In this document: positions 1 to 7,123 of the stretch, piece after piece
How the letters are laid out: each line of letters begins with the position of its first letter
How positions within the stretch are numbered: the stretch's first letter is position 1
Virus record (IMG/VR): IMGVR_UViG_3300037478_000238
Coordinates: 1 to 55,206 of that record
Source: a virus
Lineage: Duplodnaviria > Caudoviricetes
Length of the DNA stretch: 55,206 nt
Reading direction: 5' to 3' (one strand)
Notes under the pieces: generated by a model
What the model was told of the DNA's origin: nothing
Database searches by the model: none
The model's input: the letters and a program-made list of their open reading frames with translations, nothing else
Program-made: the position numbers and the translations under genes

Positions 1-126
1 CCGCCGGCCAGCAGTCCCCACCTGGACAAGTTGGGAGGGAGGGGGTAAGATAAGGGGCAGGTCCCCCTGTACCATCGCTGGGACCCGGGCACACCCCCGG
101 CAGATGGACAGGTGGCGCACCGGCAG
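1..126. repeat. Left terminal inverted repeat (126 bp)
   Basis: 1..126 is the exact reverse complement of 55081..55206; 120..151 also matches the reverse complement of 55033..55064. Confidence 0.97.
23..51 (+). promoter_or_regulatory. Sigma70/HrdB-type early promoter in left TIR
   Basis: TGGACA-N17-TAAGAT, facing inward. Confidence 0.7.
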
Positions 127-134
127 AAAGGAGA

Positions 135-728
135 ATGAGGATGGGCGAACAAGCGCAAAACAGACAGGAGAAGAAGGGGTGGGAAGCGACAGTCGACCGG
201 GTACTGGAGGCGGCCGGAGAACTGACAGCCGCTTGGCGCCGCGAGCAGTTCGCCCGTGCCGAGCTGGCCGAGCGGACATGTGAGCGTGGCCACTCGGACG
301 CGACACTGGAGGCCGCTGCCCGCGACATGGCCCAGATGGCCATGGAAGACCGGCTGGATGAGGAGCTGGTCGGTGCCCGTCGCGAGTGCGACCGACTACG
401 TGGCGAGCGGAACGACCTCCGGCACCAGGCTTCGGTGCTTGAGGCGATGCTGGCCGGCGCCCGCGCCGAGCTGGCCGAGGTACGTCGGAGTCTGGCCCGC
501 CAATGGGCTGCCGACCATGCTGAGCTGACCACCAAGCTGGCCACTGCCCGCCGGGACGCCGCCACCGAAGCGCTGGCTTCTGGCGCAGGCTTGGCAGTGC
601 GTTGGGGTGAGCACGACCTCGCCGCCGACATGCGCCTGATCGCCGCCGAGATCAGGGACGGCATCCGCCCCGTCCCCGGCAGCCCGGAGCCGGCCCCAGC
701 CGGTGGAGAGGACTCGGACCATGGCTGA
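135..728 (+). CDS. Hypothetical coiled-coil early protein
   Basis: AAAGGAG RBS, GC-rich codon usage, heptad-like central region. Confidence 0.75.
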   Translation: MRMGEQAQNRQEKKGWEATVDRVLEAAGELTAAWRREQFARAELAERTCERGHSDATLEAAARDMAQMAMEDRLDEELVGARRECDRLRGERNDLRHQASVLEAMLAGARAELAEVRRSLARQWAADHAELTTKLATARRDAATEALASGAGLAVRWGEHDLAADMRLIAAEIRDGIRPVPGSPEPAPAGGEDSDHG

Positions 729-969
729 ATACCACCGTCCACCTGACGACTACAGCCCACCTACCTGGTGTGAGCAGTGCGGCGAAGTGATCATGTACAG
801 GCCGGTCATCGGCGGCTACATCTGGTCCCATGTCGTTCTGGCCGACCATGATGTGGTGATGCGTTCTGAGGGCTGGTGGGACGTGGCCACTGGCATGGTG
901 CGTTACGGCAACGGGCGGGCCGGGTTGGTCGCTCCGCTGGAGACCGGCCAGGGTGTCGGTCATGACTGA
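721..969 (+). CDS. Hypothetical protein (CxxC)
   Basis: ATG 721 after GAGGA; overlaps both neighbours. Confidence 0.6.
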   Translation: MAEYHRPPDDYSPPTWCEQCGEVIMYRPVIGGYIWSHVVLADHDVVMRSEGWWDVATGMVRYGNGRAGLVAPLETGQGVGHD

Positions 970-1252
970 GGAAATCATCCTGCGTGTTGACCTGCCCGAG
1001 GTTGTTGAGACACCGGTCCGGATTGAAGTCCGTTGTGGCGAGATAGCTGTCTATGTACACGAACATGGCATGCAGGGCAGTGGGTCGTGGGCGGCGTGGC
1101 TTAGCTCTGGCCATACGATTGGCGAGCAGGGGCGTAAGTATTTACCCAGTATCGACCAGGCACTTGAAATGGCACGTGAATATGTTCGCGACCGGGAACG
1201 TTCACGACGGGCACATGCTCAGTTAACGGTGAAACTGGTAAGTAAGGAGTGA
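962..1252 (+). CDS. Hypothetical protein
   Basis: Overlaps upstream stop; fills the operon. Confidence 0.6.
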   Translation: MTEEIILRVDLPEVVETPVRIEVRCGEIAVYVHEHGMQGSGSWAAWLSSGHTIGEQGRKYLPSIDQALEMAREYVRDRERSRRAHAQLTVKLVSKE

Positions 1253-1354
1253 CTTAGTTGTGCCTACTTGGCTTCTAAGTGTCGGGTTTACATTGATATT
1301 TGTTAGTACAATATACGTGGTCTGGCTCATGTTCACCGATGACGAGACGGATGA

Positions 1355-1666
1355 TTGGTGACTACATCAACTGCTGAGCGCCCATCACTGCGCAAGGAAC
1401 CGGCTTTCGATTGGCGCGATGATGCGGCATGTCTTTCCGTGGACCCGGAACTGTTTTTCCCGAACATGGAGCATCGTGTTGGTGGCCGGCGACAGCTTAC
1501 GCGAGAGAGCCAGGATGCTATTGCGATCTGTAACGGCTGTTCGGTACAGGGCGATTGTCTTAAGTGGGCGCTGGAACATGGAGAGGTTGGTATCTGGGGC
1601 GGCACCACTACCGATAAACGTCGTCAGATCTCTCATCAAATGAAAGAGATCGGGGCGAGAAGCTGA
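1355..1666 (+). CDS. whiB: WhiB-family Fe-S transcription factor
   Basis: WRDDAAC..DPELFFP..CxxC..C..GIWGG. Confidence 0.95.
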   Translation: MVTTSTAERPSLRKEPAFDWRDDAACLSVDPELFFPNMEHRVGGRRQLTRESQDAIAICNGCSVQGDCLKWALEHGEVGIWGGTTTDKRRQISHQMKEIGARS

Positions 1667-1689
1667 TACCTGATCATTAGAGGAAGGTA

Positions 1690-2094
1690 GTGGGGACATT
1701 GCTCGTTTCTGAACGGCTCATTGAGCTTAATAAATGGATCGATAGTACAAACAAGAACCGTGATCCGGAGGCTGCTACCTGGAGCCGACTAGCGAAGATC
1801 GGTGAGGAGTACGGCGAAACGGTTGCAGCCTACATAGGAGTGACTGGACAAAATGTCCGTAAGGGCGTTACGCACAGCGTGGATGACGTGGCCCACGAAC
1901 TGTTGGACACTGCCGTTACGGCGCTACTGGCACTGGAGCATTTGAGCAGTAACCGTGGCGATTCCCTACAAATGATGTTCCAGCACATCATAGAGCTGCA
2001 CAAGCGCATGGAAACGGCGTACCGATGGAACCCGGGCTGGCCCATGACTGAGACGGAGATCACACCTAAGACTGTCCACAGTTTTGTATACTAG
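1690..2094 (+). CDS. MazG-like NTP pyrophosphohydrolase
   Basis: KIGEEYGE ... ELLD all-alpha NTP-PPase motif. Confidence 0.85.
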   Translation: MGTLLVSERLIELNKWIDSTNKNRDPEAATWSRLAKIGEEYGETVAAYIGVTGQNVRKGVTHSVDDVAHELLDTAVTALLALEHLSSNRGDSLQMMFQHIIELHKRMETAYRWNPGWPMTETEITPKTVHSFVY

Positions 2095-2108
2095 AAGGGA
2101 AGGTAGGG

Positions 2109-2207
2109 ATGGATTACGTAAAGGCGGCGCTGTACACCCTCGGGATACTGACCATGGTGACGCTGTACGTAGCCCTGCTCATAGCAGGGCTTAAGCCCAA
2201 CTGCTGA
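2109..2207 (+). CDS. Small single-pass membrane peptide (32 aa)
   Basis: GGAAGG RBS; MDYVKAALYTLGILTMVTLYVALLIAGLKPNC; below the ORF-track cutoff. Confidence 0.55.
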   Translation: MDYVKAALYTLGILTMVTLYVALLIAGLKPNC

Positions 2208-2218
2208 AAGGAGAACCC

Positions 2219-2695
2219 ATGATTGAGCTACCCGGTGGGGTAACCTCCGAGCACATCCACCAGTCAAACCTGATCGAGAACATCAACGACCCGGAAGCTG
2301 ACACGGACAGTCGCTTGGCCTGGACCTGGCTGGTGGACCAGGATGTCCTGAACCCACTCACCATCCAGATCCTCCACTGGTTGATTACCCTCAACCAGCT
2401 CCCTAGTGAGTACGCCGGACGGTTCCGGGAGGTGAACGTGATGGTGGGACGCTATCATTGCCCAAACTGGAGACTGGTCCCGGAGCGGATGGGCGAGTGG
2501 CTGCATGCAATGAACCGGGAACCCAGCCAGGACCCCAAGGAAATGCACGTGCGGTTCGAGAAGATCCACCCATTCATTGACGGCAATGGTCGAACCGGAC
2601 GGATGCTCATGTGGCGGCATCAGATGATGCTTGATGTAACGCCGACCCTGCTGCGCGCCGACGAAAAAGACAGGTACTACCAGTGGTTCAAGTAG
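2219..2695 (+). CDS. Fic-domain protein (putative AMPylase)
   Basis: Intact catalytic motif HPFIDGNGRTGR. Confidence 0.93.
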   Translation: MIELPGGVTSEHIHQSNLIENINDPEADTDSRLAWTWLVDQDVLNPLTIQILHWLITLNQLPSEYAGRFREVNVMVGRYHCPNWRLVPERMGEWLHAMNREPSQDPKEMHVRFEKIHPFIDGNGRTGRMLMWRHQMMLDVTPTLLRADEKDRYYQWFK

Positions 2696-2707
2696 TTAGG
2701 AGGATCT

Positions 2708-3526
2708 ATGAATTTCAGCCTTCGTGAAACTGACCTGGATGTGCTCAACTCGGTCACCAAGTACCCGTCCATCGCCACGTACCACACCCTGAACCCGGAC
2801 GACCCGGGGATTCTTAGCGAAGAGCATGTGGTGTTCCCGCCCGACTCGGAGGTGATTGCTACCGAGAAGATCAACGGCGCCAACGCCAGGATCATCCTCA
2901 CCCCGGACAGTCAGTGGCTGATCGGGTCCCGGGAAATGCTGTTGTCGGCCAGGGGCGACCTGATTGCCAACCCGGCCGAAGGCATCGTGGAGGCCCTGCG
3001 CGACAAGGCGGAAGCCATAGTCCGTCAGCGTCAAATGGGCCGGGATATCATTCCCGGAGGTGACATCCTGGTCCTGTACGGGGAAGTTTACGGAAACAGG
3101 ATCGACGGCTGGCAGCAGTACACCGATAGTAGCCGAAGGTGGTTCGGGTTCCGGTTGTTCGACGTCATGGTTCTGAACCCGGAGCATACAGGGGTACTCG
3201 ACTGGCCCCGGGACAGGATCGCCGGCTGGCGGTCACGTGGCGGACAGCCGTTCCTGTCGGAAGCCGCACGGGTCGTGTTAGCACGTGCGTACTTGGTTGA
3301 CCTGGCCCCAAGGTTGTTTACCTTAAAGGCTAAGCAGCTTCCGGAGACCCTGTTGGACACACAGCGTTTCATGCAGCAGTTCCGTGATACCCGAGCCTCA
3401 TTGGATGGAACCATTGGCAAGGCGGAAGGTATTGTTCTGCGCACTCCCGCCCGGTCCGTGATCGTCAAGGCCCGGTTTGACGACTACCGCCGGAGCCTTC
3501 AACGTAGACAGGAGAAGAGTCGGTGA
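2708..3526 (+). CDS. RNA ligase family (Rnl2-like) nucleotidyltransferase
   Basis: Motifs EKINGAN, YGEVYG, FRLFDV, EGIVLR, IVKAR. Confidence 0.8.
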   Translation: MNFSLRETDLDVLNSVTKYPSIATYHTLNPDDPGILSEEHVVFPPDSEVIATEKINGANARIILTPDSQWLIGSREMLLSARGDLIANPAEGIVEALRDKAEAIVRQRQMGRDIIPGGDILVLYGEVYGNRIDGWQQYTDSSRRWFGFRLFDVMVLNPEHTGVLDWPRDRIAGWRSRGGQPFLSEAARVVLARAYLVDLAPRLFTLKAKQLPETLLDTQRFMQQFRDTRASLDGTIGKAEGIVLRTPARSVIVKARFDDYRRSLQRRQEKSR

Positions 3527-3735
3527 CGCCAGAGCCGTACGACCCGATGTGTAACAGGTTGGCAGCGGACATGCCCCACCTGGACAGTTTCCTGGAACAC
3601 ACCAACCAGACCCGGGCGCAATATGTGATCGCCAACGAGGGTACGTACAACCGGGTCAGTGGGCACTTCCTGTGCGACACCTGCTACATCAAGGCGGGGA
3701 TACCCACCAGCCCTCTTGGTTGGGTGTGTCCATAA
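3523..3735 (+). CDS. Hypothetical protein (CxxC)
   Basis: GTGA overlap with ligase; LCDTCY. Confidence 0.6.
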   Translation: MTPEPYDPMCNRLAADMPHLDSFLEHTNQTRAQYVIANEGTYNRVSGHFLCDTCYIKAGIPTSPLGWVCP

Positions 3736-3744
3736 CAGAAAGGA

Positions 3745-4011
3745 GTGTTGATGGTCCTAGGTCTGATCATCTTACTGATAGCGACCAACCTGGTCACCGC
3801 AGTTCTCACCGGACTGTTCACCTTACACATGGAGCGTAAGAACCAGCCACCACAGTCGACCATACAGCGTCGGTGGCTGCTGGAGGACTCCGTGTCCTAC
3901 ATCCGGGCTGTGACCAACCCGATGGACCCCATGGTCCACTTGCCCTCGGAACTGCGTGGACAGGGAGAACAGTTAGTTAACAGATACACCAAGGAGGTGG
4001 AAGGTAAGTGA
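3745..4011 (+). CDS. Membrane protein
   Basis: N-terminal hydrophobic helix; AAGGAG RBS. Confidence 0.65.
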   Translation: MLMVLGLIILLIATNLVTAVLTGLFTLHMERKNQPPQSTIQRRWLLEDSVSYIRAVTNPMDPMVHLPSELRGQGEQLVNRYTKEVEGK

Positions 4012-4949
4012 AACTGAACCGTTCGATCAAGGCAACGGTACTGGCCGTCGCTGGGATTTCTACCATGCTGGCCCTGTCCAGTTGCGGTTACGCAACCCCA
4101 CGGCCTGACGAGATTGGGCTGTACTACAACGAAGGATGGAAGGAGGGCAACAACTTCGACCACATCGTCGCACCGGGCACCTCGGATAACACGTTCGCGT
4201 ACAACGATGAGGTCGTGTATCTGCCTACCAGCCTGCGGACCTGGAACATCACCCCCGACGACGGCGGTGACCAGAAGGAGCCGATCGTCGTCCCCACCGC
4301 CGATGGGGTGCTGGTGCACGTGTGGCTACAGGCCAACTTTGTACTCAACTCCAACTCTGAGGACATTGACGGGTACAAGGGTGGCACGATCCGTAAGTTC
4401 TGGGAGGAGATCGGTCACCGTTACAAGGCGGACAAAGAAAAGGGTTGGCGGAATATGATGCTGGTGACCGTGGTGCCGGCACTGGAGAAGGCCACCACGG
4501 ACACGGTCCGGGCCTATGCGGCGGACCCGTTGGTGTACAACACTGATGGTATCTACGATGAGGTCCAGGAGGCCATCGGTACCCGGTTCCTGGCGAACCT
4601 GGTGCGGCTGTCCGGTGGAAACTTTTTCTGTGGACCGACCCTGATCCGTGGTTCCGGACAGTGCCCGGACCCGGAGCTGATCCTGCGGGACGTGGACTTC
4701 TCCAACCCGGCGATTCAGCAGGCCCGGGACCAGCGGCGCACCGAGCAGGAACTGGCACAGGCCCGACTGGAAGAGGCCCAGGGCCACCTGGAGGCCCAGG
4801 AGCGGCTGAATGAGGCGATCAACGATCCGGCGTACCTGGAGTACCTGAAGGCGCAGATGCAGCTTGAGGCTGCTCAGGCGTGTGCCGCATCGGAGTCGTG
4901 TACCTTTATCCAGGGGGCAGGAGTCACCCCTACCATTCCCGCTAGGTAG
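4008..4949 (+). CDS. SPFH/Band-7 family lipoprotein
   Basis: Lipobox LSSC, SPFH-like core, C-terminal coiled coil. Confidence 0.8.
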   Translation: MKLNRSIKATVLAVAGISTMLALSSCGYATPRPDEIGLYYNEGWKEGNNFDHIVAPGTSDNTFAYNDEVVYLPTSLRTWNITPDDGGDQKEPIVVPTADGVLVHVWLQANFVLNSNSEDIDGYKGGTIRKFWEEIGHRYKADKEKGWRNMMLVTVVPALEKATTDTVRAYAADPLVYNTDGIYDEVQEAIGTRFLANLVRLSGGNFFCGPTLIRGSGQCPDPELILRDVDFSNPAIQQARDQRRTEQELAQARLEEAQGHLEAQERLNEAINDPAYLEYLKAQMQLEAAQACAASESCTFIQGAGVTPTIPAR

Positions 4950-5044
4950 ACTTCTGGCTACTGGTAGGCCAGAAGACCGGGTGCCTCAGGTTCATGGACG
5001 GTGCCCGAGGCACCCGGTTATTACAGATACAAAAAGGAGCAAGA

Positions 5045-5632
5045 GTGTTTAAACGAGCAACCACCTGGACCACAGCCCTTGGGCTGGGCCTGGTGGCCGG
5101 ACTGGCGTTGACCGCCGTCCCGGCGGCGGCGCAGGATGAGACCTCGTCCACATATTCGACCGAGTTCCCGTCCCCGCCCCCGCCCCCGCCCCCGTCCGAG
5201 ACCCCAACCGAGACCCCAATCCTGTCATCAACGGCCGAGCCGACCGTGGAACCTACAGAGCCTGGACTACCGGAGTGCGTGGACGTCAACAGTGACAACG
5301 TCGAGACGCTGCTGCTGCTGCTGCACATCGACGCCGACCGGGCAGCGCAGATCCAGGCCCTGCGCCCGTTCGACTCGACCGAGGATCTTGACCGGGTAGA
5401 CGGCCTACGGGCCGGTGGTCCTCGGCTGGCCGAACTGGTCGCCGGTGACGACACACATCCGCCGCTGTGTGACATCGATCAGGCTGGCAGCGGCGACGGA
5501 AATGACGCCGACAAGACCAACCTGCCGCAGACCGGCAGCCCGGCTCTGGTGCTGTTCGGTATCGGTCTTGGCCTGGCCACCTTCGGCGGACTGGGAATGG
5601 CCCTGGGGCGGCGAGCGCCGCAGGTGCGGTAA
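5045..5632 (+). CDS. Secreted, LPXTG-anchored ComEA-like helix-hairpin-helix protein
   Basis: GTG after AAAGGAG; signal peptide ending AAA-Q; Pro/Thr linker; CVDVN..HI...RAAQI...RPF.S..DL.RVDGL; LPQTG + TM + basic tail. Confidence 0.8.
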   Translation: MFKRATTWTTALGLGLVAGLALTAVPAAAQDETSSTYSTEFPSPPPPPPPSETPTETPILSSTAEPTVEPTEPGLPECVDVNSDNVETLLLLLHIDADRAAQIQALRPFDSTEDLDRVDGLRAGGPRLAELVAGDDTHPPLCDIDQAGSGDGNDADKTNLPQTGSPALVLFGIGLGLATFGGLGMALGRRAPQVR

Positions 5633-5639
5633 CACAGAC

Positions 5640-5704
5640 TCCGGGCCGGGTGTAGGCGCACCAAGAAGGTGCTGCGAGGGGGCAAAGCCTGCACCCGGCC
5701 CGGA
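5640..5704 (+). other. Intergenic structured element (18-bp stem with inner hairpins)
   Basis: TCCGGGCCGGGTGTAGGC / GCCTGCACCCGGCCCGGA enclosing GCACC/GGTGC. Confidence 0.6.
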
Positions 5705-5725
5705 CCATGTAGAAAGGAGAAGATC

Positions 5726-6136
5726 ATGAGAAAGGTAATTGCACTATTAGTGTTATCGGTTGCACTGTTAACCGGTTGCAGTATCACAACAGAACCAGCT
5801 TCAAAGCCTCTGAACCGGGGAAGTACACCGCAGCCACAGGCTAGTTTCCAGCTGCCGGAACCGGAAGACTTCACCTTGTCGATCCGGATGCTGGAAAAGC
5901 ATTGCTTTGGCTCGGCCGGGTGTAACGTCACCTTTCAGGTAGAGGTGGATTACGACGGCCCCGACCTTGACCCGACTACCGCCTACCTGTTGACCTACGA
6001 GGTCAACGGGACCGAGGATACGTACCTGCACACGGTACGGGTCGTGGACGGGCGCTACACTTCCCAGAATCACTACGCCGGAACCACCTCCAGCGATGTG
6101 GAACTGACCGCTGCGGTGGTGGAAATCAGTGACTGA
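5726..6136 (+). CDS. Lipoprotein
   Basis: MRKVIALLVLSVALLTG-C lipobox; AAAGGAG RBS. Confidence 0.8.
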   Translation: MRKVIALLVLSVALLTGCSITTEPASKPLNRGSTPQPQASFQLPEPEDFTLSIRMLEKHCFGSAGCNVTFQVEVDYDGPDLDPTTAYLLTYEVNGTEDTYLHTVRVVDGRYTSQNHYAGTTSSDVELTAAVVEISD

Positions 6137-6617
6137 CAAACTGATTGTGGTATTTAGTGGCTGGCGTCACTGGTCTGATGAGGCATTCATAGAGTCGGTC
6201 CTTGACACATACTGGCTGGGCGGCGCGATGCCACATATCCGGGTCGGTGACTGCCGCACCGGTGCCGATGCCATAATCCGGGGCTGGTGCCAGCGGGCAG
6301 GACTCCAGTTTAGTCAGTACCTGGCCAACTGGGACCTGTACGGGCGGTCAGCTGGCCCGATCCGCAACTTTGAAATGATCACCGGTCGCCCCTACCCGGC
6401 CGGCCTGGTGACCATGAAAGGGGCCACCACTGACGGGGCCTCCATCAACCCACCCGGGGACCTGGCCGACATACTGATCGCATTCCCCGAACCCGGTGCC
6501 AGGCCAGGTACCGGCTCCGGCACCTGGGGGTGCATAAGCGAAGCGTGGAAGGCCGGAGTGGAGGTACATTTGCCCTCCTACCCGAAAAGAAGGCTATATG
6601 TAGCCCAAAGTAGCTGA
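6129..6617 (+). CDS. SLOG-family (DUF2493/YspA-like) protein
   Basis: SGWRHW, GDCRTGAD, W..YGRSAGPIRN, LIAFP..GSGT. Confidence 0.8.
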   Translation: MTDKLIVVFSGWRHWSDEAFIESVLDTYWLGGAMPHIRVGDCRTGADAIIRGWCQRAGLQFSQYLANWDLYGRSAGPIRNFEMITGRPYPAGLVTMKGATTDGASINPPGDLADILIAFPEPGARPGTGSGTWGCISEAWKAGVEVHLPSYPKRRLYVAQSS

Positions 6618-6662
6618 TGCCGTTATCCGGCATCGTCAACAACAGATTTAAGGGGAACGTTT

Positions 6663-6917
6663 ATGGACTGGGTAGAGCAACCAACTGTTACGTATGTGTT
6701 TACCAGCTCCGAGTTCGTTAAACTGGACTCCGACACGGAAGCACGCCGGGTCAGGGGACGGTGCCTGGGTTTTGCGCGACGACTCGATGATGGGTCGTGG
6801 GAGACTAAGCTGTCGGGGCCAAAGCACACCCCACAGGCAGCCGTTAGCAGAGCTGACGCACACCGGATGCTCAAGCAGTTGGTGTATGGAACGAAACCCT
6901 CCCGGGGCGTAAAATAG
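6663..6917 (+). CDS. Hypothetical protein
   Basis: AAGGGG RBS, ATG. Confidence 0.55.
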   Translation: MDWVEQPTVTYVFTSSEFVKLDSDTEARRVRGRCLGFARRLDDGSWETKLSGPKHTPQAAVSRADAHRMLKQLVYGTKPSRGVK

Positions 6918-6928
6918 TAGGCACTTTG

Positions 6929-7123
6929 ATGGAATGTCAAAACTGTGGGGCGCCGTTTGATCCGGTCTCGTGCCGGTGGCGGTGCCCCACGTGCGGCTGG
7001 AAAGACACCTGCTGCGACGGTGCCCCACTTGCTGTCACTGGCGTCTCGGATGAACGTGCACCTGCCAGCGCTTCTGCTTGTTGTGCGAATCGACACCAGA
7101 GCTGCGGATTGTCAGACCGTTGA
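6929..7123 (+). CDS. Small zinc-finger protein
   Basis: CQNC..CPTC..CC; 3' end overlaps the convergent primase gene. Confidence 0.5.
   Translation: MECQNCGAPFDPVSCRWRCPTCGWKDTCCDGAPLAVTGVSDERAPASASACCANRHQSCGLSDR

Noticed and set aside
1-126. Archetypal Streptomyces telomere or IS/transposon ends
   Set aside because: Lacks the CCCGCGGAGCGGG start and the series of small-loop palindromes; no Tpg/Tap or transposase recognised.
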